A stretch of DNA of 64,000 nt from Octopus sinensis (taxonomy: Eukaryota), in assembly GCF_006345805.1 (NCBI RefSeq), contig NC_043002.1:107136001-107200000 (forward strand), read 5' to 3'. Shown in pieces: positions 26,044 through 40,611 of the stretch. The position numbers were made by a program, and so were the translations under genes. Position 1 is the first letter of the stretch. Each line of letters opens with the position of its first letter. A model generated the notes under the pieces. That model made no database searches, had not been told where the DNA came from, and saw nothing but the letters and a program-made list of their open reading frames with translations.

Positions 26044-26620
26044 CCAATTACAATAAGCCTTTTCTCTAGACGTCACCTTCAGATCCCTAACACCTAACAC
26101 CTTCAATCTCTCAGCAAACAATTCCCCCAACTTACCTGAGTCCACCTCTCCCGTCATCATCACAAACACATTCACGCATCAGAGAACAAAGCAAAAAAAA
26201 AAAAAAAGAATAGTAAATAAACAAACACTTTTTCAAACTTCAAAAGCGCACAATGGAACAAATTCCACCAAGAAACAGAATCAGGGCTTTTTAGAATTCA
26301 ATAAGGCCATAGTTACCACACTATAATACACACAACAAAACAATTATGGATCCTTACAAAAATACCACATAACAACGACTCCAGCTATTACACCAGAAAC
26401 AGACATTGTCATGAAGACTACAAGCAACCTATTTCTTTATTGCCCACAAGGGGCTAAACATAAACATAGAGGGGACAAACAAGGATAGACAAAGCAACCT
26501 CACATACACCGAAACCACACAAAACCACAATAAAACTCAGCTTCTGACAATTAAGAAGGAAGTGAAAGAGAAATAACCCTTAGGAAAATAGACAACTGTC
26601 AAGCATTTACATTGAGCGTA
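25480..26620 (+). mobile_element. Possible highly decayed APE-type LINE, split by an (ATC)n tract at 25708-26040
   Basis: Weak peptide remnants FNVPD (cf. GDFNxPD) and NFKSAQWNKF (cf. NFKKANW). Confidence 0.3.
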
Positions 26621-26859
26621 AACCACAAATCAAACAGTAAAACATTATACAGGGTAATTATCATCATCACCAGTAGCAGTAGCAGTAGTAGCAGCAGCAA
26701 CTTCACTAACAACAACAACAACAGTCACAATAACAACCTCAAATAACATAGTCACAGTACAACGCCAAGCAAACGCTTTTAGCAAATATTTCGAAATCAT
26801 CTCAGAAAACAAAAACACAATGAAAAAATGAAGGGGTGGACAGAAAAGTAAACCTATAC

Positions 26860-26992
26860 ACCGAGGTCGACTTTGCCTTTCAACCTTTCGGGGTCGATAA
26901 ATAAAGTACCAGTTTTGCAACTGGGGTCATTGTGATTCTTTTGTCCTTGTTTGTCCCCTCTATGTTTAGCCCCTTGTGGGCAGTAAAGAAAT
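26860..26992 (+). mobile_element. SINE family C 3' part
   Basis: CCGAGGTCGACTTTGCCTTTCAACCTTTCGGGGTCGATAAA..GTGGGCAGTAAAGAAATA. Confidence 0.8.
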
Positions 26993-27013
26993 ATATACAC
27001 CGTTCATTTAAAC

Positions 27014-27150
27014 CAGTGGTTCATAACCGGGGTCCATCTGCCCTTAGTGGGTCCACATAAGATTTTGCTTTTTAACATTTGTGGCCAATGAACAGGTTAT
27101 ATTTCTATAACAGGCGAAATATATTAACTTTTTTTATACAATTATTCTTT
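27014..27150. mobile_element. hAT-type MITE end, same family as 53529-55425
   Basis: CAGTGGTTCATAACC terminus; GGGTCCACATAAGATTTTG matches the reverse complement of 55391-55410. Confidence 0.55.
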
Positions 27151-27154
27151 TATA

Positions 27155-27357
27155 CTTTTCAGTCATTTGACTGCGGCCATGCTGTAGCACCGCCTTTAGT
27201 CAAACAAATCGACCCCAGGACTCCCTCACCGCAAGCACAGTACTCACTCTATTGGTCTCCCTTGCCGAACCGCCAAGTCACGGGGACACAAACACACCAG
27301 CATGGCCGTCAAGCGATGTTGGGGGAACAAACACAAACACACAAACATATACACGTG

Positions 27358-27435
<78 letters not shown>

Positions 27436-27598
27436 GATGGGCTTCTTTCAGTTTCAGCCTACCAAATCCACCTACAAGGCCTTGGTCGGCCCGAGGCTAT
27501 AGTAGAAGACATTTGCCTACGGTGCCATGCAGTGGGACTGAACTCGGAACCATGTGGTTGGTAAGTAAGCTACTTACCACACAGTCACTCCTGCGCCT
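27155..27598 (-). mobile_element. SINE family A
   Basis: Match to family. Confidence 0.85.
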
Positions 27599-27630
27599 AA
27601 TATTTCATTATAAAAAATTTAATAATAGGA

Positions 27631-28120
<490 letters not shown>

Positions 28121-28404
28121 CAGTGAAAGTTTTTGTATTAGATTTGATTACCTGAACCCAAACTAGCTGATTCATACAGTGCAGCACAAAAATACTCTCA
28201 GCTTCACCATTCTAGATAAACTTTTCAACACTAAATATCTGATGTGCACCAATCCAAGTAAATACGACTAAAAGGTAAAACATTAGCAATAGAAACAGAC
28301 CGTTTCCCATCTGCCAAACTTCACTAGCATCACGCCAAAGGCTGTGGAAAATATGGAAGGTCTTTCTGCTGCACCTTCCTTGTTATATACATTAGTTCTG
28401 GCTA

Positions 28405-28550
28405 TGTTCTGAGTTCAAATTCCGCTGAGGTTGACGTTGCCTTTCATCTTTACAGAGTTGATAAATTAAGTACCAGTTGTGTACTGGGGTCGATCTAATC
28501 GACTGAACCCCTCCCAACAAATTTCAGGCCTCGTGCCTAGAGTAGAAAGG
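28405..28550 (+). mobile_element. SINE family C relative with a different tail
   Basis: B box and Meta-like domain as in family C, then CCCTCCCAACAAATTTCAGGCCTCGTGCCTAGAGTAGAAAG. Confidence 0.7.
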
Positions 28551-28680
28551 TTTCTGTATGACCTATACCACTTTGCTTATTCATCTATCTATCTTTCTAT
28601 CTATCTGTCTGTCTGTCTACCTACCTATCTATCTATCTGCCTGTCTGTCTGTCTACCTGTCTGTCTGTTTGTCTGTCTGA

Positions 28681-28813
<133 letters not shown>

Positions 28814-29099
28814 TTCTATCTATCTATCTTTCTGACTGTCTGTCTGTCTATCTATCTCTCGCTGTTAGTTTATTTTTGTTTTTAGTTATAATAAAAGCAG
28901 TTTTAATTTGATGAGTTACACTATACTTTTGTCAAATACAAATTCATTACATTATTTATATTTACATTTGATGGATATTTCTCCTCATCGTGTTTGTTGT
29001 TAACACAACGTCTCGGCTGATATACTCTCCTGCCTTCTTTAGGTGTCCTGGGAAAATTTCGAACCTGGGTTCTCATTCCGAAGGTAGTTTTCGATGTTG

Positions 29100-29134
<35 letters not shown>

Positions 29135-29284
29135 TATTATGGTTGTCGTTGTTGTTGTTATTATTATTATTGTTGTTACTGTTATTCAGTTGGGCATATA
29201 GCGTAGAGGTTAAGAGCGCGGGCTACTGACTCTAAGATTCCAAGTTGATTCCAGGCAGTGATCTGAATAACAACAACAACACCA

Positions 29285-29344
<60 letters not shown>

Positions 29345-29345
<1 letters not shown>

Positions 29346-29755
29346 GGCGCAGGAGTGGCTGTTTGGTAAGTAGCTTGCTAACCAACCACATGGTTCCGGG
29401 TTCAGTCCCACTGCGTGGCATCTTGGGCAAGTGTCTTCTGCTATAGCCCCGGGCCGACCAATGCCTTGTGAGTGGATTTGGTAGACGGAAACTGAAAGAA
29501 GCCTGTCGTATATATGTATATATATATAAGTGTGTGTTCCCCTGTGTTTGTCCCCCTAGCATTGCTTGACAACCGATGCTGGTGTGTTTACGTCCCCGTC
29601 ACTTAGCGGTTCGGCAAAAGAGACCGATAGAATAAGTACTGGGCTTACAAAGAATAAGTCCCGGGGTCGATTTGCTCGACTAAAGGCGGTGCTCCAGCAT
29701 GGCCGCAGTCAAATGACTGAAACAAGTAAAAAGAGTAAAGAGAGTAAAAAGAGTA
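29345..29755 (+). mobile_element. SINE family A inserted in (AAT)n
   Basis: Full-length match; (AAT)n on both sides. Confidence 0.9.
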
Positions 29756-29770
29756 ATAATAATAATAATA

Positions 29771-32700
29771 CGATTATAATTGTAACGGCAATGATGGCCG
29801 TCTCCCCACGAGCCAATCAAAGCTAAAAAATGATAACATTATCGTAGCACCAAAATGTTTTTGGAAACTAAAAGGAAAACTAAATCAGTATACCAAATCG
29901 CTTGTCCTATGGTTAATCTGGAAGCGCGTCCCCCAGGGAAGAGCCAGCCTGGGATCGAAAAGTCATCAACTGGCACAAACTCTTCTCCGAATACGGACAT
30001 GGATGGTCACTTGAACGGGAAATCCCCCAACTCGAGCCCTCCAAGTTCACCACCACAACCACCACAGAAAGAAAAATGTAAGCGGAACAAATGGACCCGA
30101 GAAGAGTATAAAGAAGTAATATACGCTTATTACTATGCATTAGGTAGGCCATCTCAAGAGAGACACACCGCAAACTCTTACAGTATATGGAGAACACGGA
30201 ATCAAGACAGTAGGCCCTATTTGGACGAGAACAAATTAGCAAATGTGAGGAGGATATCCTTAGAAATAACAGACTCACAGACAGTGAAATAAGCGCGATC
30301 AAGCACGCAACGGAAAATGACATAAATATAAGACACAAAGGAAATGAAGAATCAGATGAACAGTATAGCCCGCCACGAGGCTTAATTGAAAGACTGCCAT
30401 CTGACCAAAGTACGCAAAGGCCTGAAGATACAAGAAATTCTATTGTGCCTGTTAAAGATAGCCAGGAAAACGAAAAAACAACAGTAACTGAAGATCTCGC
30501 ATTTGCTGAAGAACACAGAGAGTCTATGGCAGAAATGAGGCAGAAAATCCTGAATACGCTTGAAGTTGTAAGACATACAAGTATGAATGATAGAGAACCA
30601 CTTCATAAACTCTCAAATACAAACCAAAATAAAAAACAAATCCAAATTGGCAACTATGTAACAAATGAAATAATACGAGAATTAAAACCTGATTTTACTG
30701 AGTTAAATGAAATTATTTACGCTTCTGCTAGGGCAATTGAAACCGGCTGTATGCCCCCGAAAAAACAAAGAAAACAAAACCTGGGAAGAAATCAAACCTG
30801 GAGAAGTAAAATTGAAAAAGAGATTGAATTTATGAGAGGGGAAATATCAATATTAAATGAACTAATATGTGGAAATGATGTAAGATCCAGAACAGGAAGA
30901 AAGATGAAGAGAAAATTTGGATCCTCACCAAGAGAAGAACTGATATCAATAAAAGAAACGCTGAAAGAAAAAGTCCAAGCAAAAGCCCAAAGAATACGAA
31001 GATTTGAGAAGAGAAACAAGTTTTACAAGCAAAATAAGCTGTTCACATCCAATGCCAAAAAATTCTACAGAGAAATAGGGAAGGAGAAAGTAACCGTTAA
31101 AGACCCCCCTCCCATGGAAGAAGTTCAAAACTTTTGGAAAAGGATTTGGAGTGACAAGAAGACATGCAACATAAATGCAGACTGGATTATACAAACTGAA
31201 GGATCCTACCAAAATTTACAACAACAAGCATGGGAAGACATCACAATAGCAGACCTAAGAAAGGCACTCACGAAGGCCCATAATTGGAAATCCCCCGTAA
31301 AGATAAGGTGCCGAATTTCTGGCTCGCATCGCTCCCATGCGCACACGGTAAGCTAGTTCAGCTGCTCAATGGAATTATGAGACCCAAAGAAAACACCTGA
31401 ATGGTTAGCAAGTGGCATTACTTACCTACTCCCAAGAATAACGAAACCAACCTTCCAAAAAACTATCGGCCTATAACCTGTCTATCCACCACGTATAAAA
31501 TCCTAACATCTATCCTGGCGGAGAAAACATATGCATTCATGGAGAGAACGATATTTTCCCCATTGAACAAAAAGGTGCCGCCGAGGCTCTTACGGATGCA
31601 AAGATCAACTGCTAATCAACCGTATGATCCTTGAGAACTGTCACAACAAGCGCAGAAATCTCAGCACCGCATGGATTGACTATAAAAAGGCCTTCGACAG
31701 TATACCGCATCCATGGATCTTGAGATCGCTGGACATCTTCAAAATTTCCCCTGTGATTTCAAACTTCCTGAAGCACAATATGTCGTTGTGGAATACGAAT
31801 CTCCAATTATACCACTCTAATGGAGTACTTGCCTCAGAAAATATAAACATCAACTGTGGAATTTTTCAAGGTGACTCACTTCACCTTTAATATTCTGCAT
31901 AGCCCTAATACCCCTTACAAGTGAATTAAACAGAACAGGGTATGGGTATAAAATTGCCAATAAAAAAATAAGCCATCTATTTTATATGGATGACTTAAAA
32001 CTTTATGGTAAAGACAATAATGAACTTGAAGGCCTATTGCGCACCGTGAAAGCATTCAGCGATGACATCGGGATGGAGTTTGGACTTGAGAAGTGTGCCA
32101 AGGCCACTTTCCAGAAAGGGAAAGTGAAGACCACAATTCAGTCGTGTTAGATGTTGACACAGTCATAAGAGAGCTTGAGCAGAACAAACATACAAATATT
32201 TAGGGATAAATGAAGGCTCTGGTATTCAGCATGCAAGCATGAAAGAGAAAATCAGGAAGGAATGTTATAGGAGAGTTCGTGACGTCCTGAAATCTGAACT
32301 AAATGCACGTAACAAGGTGTTAGCTATAAATTCCTTAGCAGTTCCAGTTGTTACTTATAGCTACAATATGTTGAACTGGAATATGAGTGAAGTAAAGAAT
32401 ATAGATAGAAAAATACGCAAGCTGCTGAGTTGTAATAGGATGCACCACCCAAAGGCAGACGTAGATCGCCTTTACCTTCCCAGAGCCCAAGGAGGTCGAG
32501 GCCTGATCCAATTTGAACTAGCTTACAAAACAACCACAATTGGACTGGCCAAATTTCGAAATATCGAATGACTGGATGCTAAAGCTCGTGGAAAATCACG
32601 AGAGACGAAAGAAGCTTCATTCTATCATAAAGGAAAGCAAAAAATTTGCTATTGATCTCGTGCAGGATACCCAAACTGAACAACCCTAGGGAAGTACGGC

Positions 32701-33700
32701 AACTATTGTTGCAAAGAAGGTGAAAATGATGGCAATGAAAAAAGCGCACGAGCAATTGGCTGATAGGTGGGAGGAGAAACCTCTGCACGGCAAATATGTG
32801 ACCCGCAGCAAACAAGCTGACGTTGACCAGAAGCAAACCCATCAGTGGCTACGGAGCTCAAGGCTAAAAGCAGAGAGCGAAGGTTTCATCCTGGCTGCTC
32901 AAGATCAAAGCCTATTAACCCGGAACTACCAGGCCAATGTGATGAAAAAATGGAGCAGACCCAAAATGCCGATTCTGCAACGACATGATTGAAACAGTGG
33001 ACCACCTAATCTCTGGATGTAAAGTCTTAGCACCAGTGGAGTATAAATTAAGACATGACAGAGTTGGCCAATATCTCCACTGGCTAATAAGTCGGCATTA
33101 CAATATCAAAAATGCCGACAAGTGGTATAATCACCACCCTGAGGCTGTAACTGAAGGAGAAAATGTAACCATTCTGTGGGACTTTCCAGTACATACAGAC
33201 CGAACCATCAAGGCCAATAAACCAGATATTGTTGTGAAAGACCAAAACAATAAAGTTTGCTTATTGATCGACATGAGCATCCCCTGTGATCATAATATCT
33301 CAGCGAAAGAGTTTGACAAGCTCAGAAAATATAAAGACCTATTCATTGAAATTGAGAAAATGTGGCATCTCAAGTGGTTACAATACCAGTGATCGTAGGA
33401 GCACTAGGAATGATCAAGAAGGAACCGAAAATTATATGAGAATGATCCCTGGCTTACCATCCCTGCAAGAAGTGCAAAAGATTGTCTTAACTGGTACATC
33501 ACACGTATTGAGAAGAGCATTGTCGATGTGAGAACTGTTGCTGCTCATTATTTTAATTTAACTTAAAAAAAAAAAAAAAATGAACGAACTACTGAGTTTG
33601 GTTTAATGGCCTACCAATGTATACTATGAGTTTCTTTGCCCTAGGAGTCGGAAAGACACTCGGCAAGAAATGGAAGCAAATTTGAAAGAAGAAGAAAAAA
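29771..33700 (+). mobile_element. Near full-length R4/Dong-clade non-LTR retrotransposon (RT + REL endonuclease), frameshifted
   Basis: N-terminal RNKWTREEY..YAYY; RT motifs NYRPITCL, WIDYKKAFDS, GIFQGDSL, HLFYMDDLK; CCHC finger, RHD, KPDIVV, IDMSIP, KLRKY; (TAA)n on both flanks as known for Dong. Confidence 0.93.
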
Positions 33701-33945
33701 GTAATAATATAATAATATAATAATAATAATATTATAATAATAATATAATATAATAATAAGAATAATAATAATAATAATAATAATAATAAGAAGAAGAAGC
33801 AGAGAAGAAGAAAATAAAGAAGAAGACGAAGAAGAAAAGAGAAGAAGAATAAGAAGAAGAAGAAGCAGAAGAAGAACACAGCAACAACAACAACAACATC
33901 GAAAAATACCTTAGGAATGAGAACCCAGGTTCGAAATTTCCCCAA

Positions 33946-33991
33946 GACACCTGATGAAGGCACGAGGATATATCAGCCGAAACGTTGTGTT
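33946..33991 (+). ncRNA. Minimal type I hammerhead ribozyme (SINE D tail)
   Basis: GACAC-CTGATGA-A-GGC..GCC-GAAA-CGTT-GTGTT; stem I GACAC/GTGTT; palindromic AACGTT stem III; GTT site. Confidence 0.75.
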
Positions 33992-34560
33992 AACAACAAA
34001 CAAGGTGAGGACAAATATCCGTCGAATGTAAATAATGTAAATAAGGTAAATAATTCCCCATTATTCTCAAACAAGAATATCATTGAGAGGCTTCTAAGTT
34101 TCGACCACTGTCAACAATATCTATCTATCTGTCTGTCTGTCTGTCTGTCTGTCTATTTGTCTGTCTCTCTGTCTGTTAAAATAATTAAAATTGGATGAAA
34201 TAACCACGTTGTTTATATTTATTTTACGTGTTATGTAATAACAGATGGTTCTGAAGCTGCACTAGTTTAATCTGGGTCTGCTAATATGCAGGTGAAATAG
34301 CATAGCACAAATAGAACTGTGGGACAGATGGGAGATGATGATAGGTGACAACACGTAGACAAAACTTCAAAAAGTGATGGACAAAACGTAAAAAATAACA
34401 ATAAATGCTGTGCACAGAGAATTCACCATCATCATCATCATCTTTTACATCAACATTGCTGTCAGAGCTATAATTAATGTTGAATCATTTATTGAACATC
34501 CTTCTGTGAAAAGAATTTTGCTTATGAGTGTCATGTGGACTGCGACTATTAAACGTTAAA

Positions 34561-34960
34561 TCTATATATATAAAAGTGAGGTTGTGTGCTGTCTGTCTCC
34601 TACGATTTAGATTCCTAACTACTCCCACATTTTGCGGTGCAGTTTAACCAAAACCGGGTATCTTGTAGTCGTGATTCATATCGAGCCCTTCTGGGTATTA
34701 GCGCGCGTCTACGATGAGTCTACGATTTAAAAAAAGAATTTCCATCATTTTTCCCATTTTAATGCATTTTTTGCTATTATATAAGGGAAGTAACTCTCTA
34801 AAAATGTATTATTAAATCTCAGAACGTAAAAAGCTACAGTAACACCCCACCCCCCTTTGTGGTTAGCCATATTGAGATGGCTATTATACTTTACATCTCT
34901 AAAAATGCTTCTATAGTTATTTCCCTTACAAACCCGAGCAACGCCGGGCGATACTGCTAG
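34561..34960 (+). mobile_element. Non-autonomous Helitron
   Basis: A|TC 5' end; 3' hairpin CCCGAGCAACGCCGGG then CTAG|T; no TSD; further copies at 36638 and 9555. Confidence 0.88.
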
Positions 34961-34975
34961 TTCGTTATAAAATAA

Positions 34976-35033
34976 CTAGCTGACCACGTGCCGTCAATAA
35001 TGATGGCTAATTGTAGTAATTTATATATAAATA
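34976..35033 (-). mobile_element. 3' end of a second Helitron family
   Basis: Reverse complement matches 39413-39470 (GCCRTCA..TGAYGGC hairpin + CTAG). Confidence 0.7.
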
Positions 35034-35059
35034 AGGTACAAAATAAGGTACATAATAAT

Positions 35060-35907
35060 TATTTCTTTATTGCTCACAGGGGGCTAAACATAGAGGGAAC
35101 AAACAAGGACAGACAAAGGGGTTAAGTCATTACATCGACCCTAGTGCATAATTAATACTTGTTTAATCGATCCTGACAGAATGAAAGGCAAAGTCGACCT
35201 CGGCGGAATTTGAACTCAGAACGTAGCAGTAGACGAAATACCTATTTCTTTACTACCCACAAGGGGCTAAACACTGAGGGGACAAACAAGAACAGACAAA
35301 CGGATTAAGTCGATTATATCGACCCCAGTATTCATCTGGTACTTAATTTATCGACCCCGAAAGGATGAAAGGCAGAGTTGACCTCGGCGGAATTTGAACT
35401 CACAACGTAACGGCAGACGAAATACCGCTAAGTATTTCACCCAGCGTGCTAACGCTTCTTATTTCTTTATTGCCCACAAGGGGCTAAACATAGAGGGGAA
35501 AACAAGGACAGACAAAGGGATTAAGTTGATTACTTCAACCCCAGTGCTTAACTGGTACGAAAGGATGAATAGCAAAGTCGACCTCGGCGGAATTTGAACT
35601 CAAGACATAATGACAGACAAAATACCGCTAACCATTTTGCCTGGCGTGGAAGCTCACCGTCTTTATAAATAGTAAATATTTATTTCGTTGTTGCCCACAA
35701 GTGGCTAAAAACATAGAGGGGAAAACAAGGACAGACAAAGGGATTAAGTTGATTACGTCAACCCCAGTGCTTAACTGGTACTTATTTAATCGACCCCGAA
35801 AGGATGAAAGGCAAAGTCAACCTCGGTGGAATTTGAACTCAGAACGTAATAGCTGATGATGAAATACCACTAAGCATTTCACCCGGCGTGTTAATGCTTC
35901 TGCCAAT
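35060..35907 (-). mobile_element. Four tandem SINE family C units
   Basis: Units at about 35060-35241, 35242-35458, 35460-35650 and 35680-35907. Confidence 0.88.
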
Positions 35908-36190
35908 TCGTCACCTTAATAGGGAAATAATAATCACACATACAAACATTCACACATATCCCTTGTACACACACGCATACACACACACACACACACGCAC
36001 ACATACAGACATATATACTCACACAGTTGAAACACTGATTTTTTTTCCACCCCTTCCTTTCTCTCATTGCTATTACTTTCTCTTTCTCGCTCTCAGTCAG
36101 GGCTATTACTCTCACTACTTCTCCTTCACTAAATTACTATTTCCTCTCTTCCTCCACATGTGGCATGATCCTGGACAAATATATATATAT

Positions 36191-36385
36191 ACTTTTACTT
36201 GTTTCAGTCATTTGACTGCAGCCATGCTGGAGCACCGCCTTTAGTCGAGCAACTCGACCCCGGGACTTATTCTTTTTAAGCCTAGTACTTATTCTATCGG
36301 TCTCTTTTGCCGAACCGCTAAGTGACGGGGACATAAACACACCAGCATCAGTTGTCAAGCAATGCTAGGGGGACAAACACAAATA

Positions 36386-36433
<48 letters not shown>

Positions 36434-36623
36434 ATATTATATATATATATATATATATACGACAGGCTTTTTTCAGTTTCCGTCTACCAAATCCACTCAC
36501 AAGGCTTTGGTCGGCCCGAGGCTATAGTAGAAGACACTTGCCCAAGGTGCCACGCAGTGGGACTGAACCCTGAACCATGTGGTTGGTAGGCAAGCTACTT
36601 ACCACACAGCCACTCCTGCGCCT
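36191..36623 (-). mobile_element. SINE family A
   Basis: Full-length match. Confidence 0.9.
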
Positions 36624-36637
36624 AATATATATATATA

Positions 36638-37034
36638 CTAGCAGTATCGCCCGGCGTTGCTCGGGTTTGTAAGGGAAATAACTATATAAGCATTTTTAGA
36701 GAGTTATAGCCAAAAAATAGGAAAAAAATGCATTAAAAATTGAAAAAAAATTAGGTAATTTTTTTTTAAATCGTTGAGACACATCGTAGTATTTTTAGAG
36801 AGTTACTTCCCTTATATAATAACGAAAAATATGCATTAAAATGGAAAAATATGATGGTAATTTTTTTTTTAATCGTAGACTCATCGTAGACGCGCGCTAA
36901 TACCCAGAAGGGCTGGATATGAATCACGACTATAAGATACCCGCTTTTGGTTAAACTGCACCGCAAAATGTGGGAGTAGTTACGAATCTAAATCGTAGGA
37001 GACAGACACACAACTTCACTCTTATATATAAAGA
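36638..37034 (-). mobile_element. Non-autonomous Helitron (family of 34561-34960)
   Basis: Reverse-complement match including CTAG end, hairpin and TC start. Confidence 0.88.
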
Positions 37035-37145
37035 TATAGCCACGTAGTTATATACACATACTTTGTTATATACACATTCTTAAAAGAAAATGTTATTTTG
37101 AACACAACATTTACAAAGAATAAAATATTTTTGGTTTTTTCTTAA

Positions 37146-37954
37146 CCCTTTCGTTACTATATTTCTGACCAAAATACACCCCTTATGTGTTTCAATTAAT
37201 TTCTAACGTAATCATAAATTTAGTCTGGTTCATTAAACAACTATAACTTTTTTATTTATGAATATATTAATCTGATTTTTGGAAGATAATTTAGTGAAAT
37301 GTTCTCAACCAATTCTATACTATAATTTTTGTCACAAAGTGACTCTAATTGCAGGTAGATACAGGTAAATTCAACATATAAAAATTATTAAAATTTTGTT
37401 CAAACATCGCTATAGAAAATGGTTTATAGCTAATATTCAATTGGGTATACACAAAATTTTACGATAGATTTGTTTATTCTGTAACTTTCTAATACCCATA
37501 ATAATATTTATGGCAAAATAGGCCTTAATTTCATTTAAGGTTGTGGGAAATAACAAACTATCGTTTCTTTCGCTTTGTTTAGGTTGAGATCAAATACCAC
37601 ATGCTTTTTTTTTTCAGTCATAGAGTTAGATTTATGAATGTCTCAGTAGAAAATCCTTCGAATTCTGACTCGCTGCTTGATAATGAAATTCGTATCCATT
37701 TTTGTCAGAATTACAAATTTGAAAACACAATAGGAACAAATTTCGGGAAAAAATCTCCCATAATTCACGGAATTAAAATTACACTTCGATTTTGTACAAA
37801 ACTGTAGTTGAACTGTTTACGAAGTATAATACGTGTTTTCACGAATGTTCTAAAGAGATTTACTCTGATATTCTCATTTAAATATGATAGGTTAATTCGG
37901 GCGGCTTGGTCACATTAACCAAAATTTTTTTCGGGCGGTTTTGTAACGAAAGGG
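37146..37954. mobile_element. Non-autonomous piggyBac element
   Basis: 12-bp perfect TIR CCCTTTCGTTAC/GTAACGAAAGGG; TTAA TSD at 37142-37145 and 37955-37958; no ORF. Confidence 0.9.
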
Positions 37955-38186
37955 TTAAACGGATGCATACATTTATTAATAACTATATATAAGTGTCGTC
38001 GTTTTTATACATAAACACTGTTTCATACTGCAATTATATATACATATATCTATATATAATATTATATAATAAAATATATACAGAGTAAAATAAAAACCAA
38101 TTTACCTTTTCTGTATTGTTATTCGACCGTCCGTGTGTCTTTGTAAATGTGTTGGAATGATAAGTGAGTTGTGTTTTAGCGCCTTT

Positions 38187-39131
38187 TTTTACTAATAACA
38201 AAAACACACGTGTTTGTATGTAGTTGTTTGAAACGTTTGTGTTTGTCACTCTCATATATGTATGTGTATGCGTGTGTGTGAGGAATGACACACACACACT
38301 CACGCACGCACACATGTACATCAATGCTTTTATGAGCGTCATAGAGAGAAACAAATATTACATCGCCATTGCCATCGCCATAGCCATCGCTATCGCATTC
38401 TATTTTCTACCTGTCAACACACAGTGAATTAGTTTCAGTTTATTCATTGCACACTGTGTGTGTGCGTTTGCGTGTGCTGTAAACCAGACTAATAAAAGCA
38501 TTTGACACACACACCAGAATGTGAGTTTTCTGTAAATTTTGCTTAATTGGAGTTAAAATTTTAAAAACTGGACCTGGCATGACGCGATGCATTGTACTCT
38601 TAAAAATGGTAGGTAAATTGTAATTGAAGAAATCCTATATTGTAGATTTGTATAACTCCCAAAGGGAGGCAGATAAAATCTGCCTTTTATAATAAGATAT
38701 ATATATATACACACACACAAATATATAAAAAAACACTATGCTCATTATTATATTAGGACATTGACTTTAAATATTAGTATTTTCATAAAATAAGAATGGT
38801 TGAATAATGAGGATATTACAAAAATATTACAGACGCCGTAATGATATTCATCCCCGATAAATTTAAATTTTAAGCTGGTAAGAACATTGTATTGTCTACA
38901 CACATTCGCGCACACGCATGCATTATAGAACTGCAAGTTGAAACAGCTGGCCATGCTATATGAGAGTATCTGCTATAATAGTACTCTTGTGTTTTTCTCT
39001 GTCACAACGTATGAATGACAAAGGAAGGGTGATAGATGAATAAGGAAGGAAGGGGTGATGGCAAACTGGTAGTGGCAGCGTTTCAACTCTGTGTGAATAT
39101 GTGTGTGTGTATGTAAAAGAGAGGTACGTGA

Positions 39132-39192
<61 letters not shown>

Positions 39193-39470
39193 TGTGTGTG
39201 CAATGGAAATGAGATGGTGAACATTCAACGCTGAAAAGAAAAATCAAACAGCGTTTCAACTCCGTGTGATTATATGTGTGTGTAAGTGTGTGCATGTACA
39301 AGGAATGTATGTGAACCAGTGTTCTTTCAGTAACAAACGATGATTGATGTCACATCTCAAAAAGCAACCACTAGATAACATTGACAAGTGTTTTAATTCG
39401 ATTTACCATCCATATTTATATATAAAATACTACAATTAGCCGTCATTTTTGATGGCACCAGATTATCTAG
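38187..39470 (+). mobile_element. Probable non-autonomous Helitron (5' boundary uncertain)
   Basis: 3' hairpin GCCGTCA..TGATGGC and CTAG|T; 5' TTTACTAATAAC-like start; internal duplicated CAGCGTTTCAACTC block. Confidence 0.5.
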
Positions 39471-39544
39471 TGATGATAATAAATCTACATGGTAACATTG
39501 AGTTCTCTTCAGTATTGTACATTACTAAGATCATCCGATTGGGA

Positions 39545-40572
<1,028 letters not shown>

Positions 40573-40577
40573 GTATA

Positions 40578-40580
40578 TAC

Positions 40581-40611
<31 letters not shown>

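Larger units (their letters stand above)
28947..34070 (+). mobile_element. SINE family D locus 1: inverted tail (28947-29189), tRNA-like head (29192-29268), (AAT/AAC)n carrying two insertions, hammerhead tail (33895-34070)
   Basis: Head and tail match 53812-53888 and 54776-54915; the inverted copy preserves head end, microsatellite and tail contiguously. Confidence 0.75.

Noticed and set aside
29771-29850. HDV-like ribozyme at the 5' end of the Dong element
   Set aside because: Some pseudoknot-like pairing (GATT/AATC, GGC/GCC), but P1 is too short and L3 too long; I could not fit the canonical fold by eye
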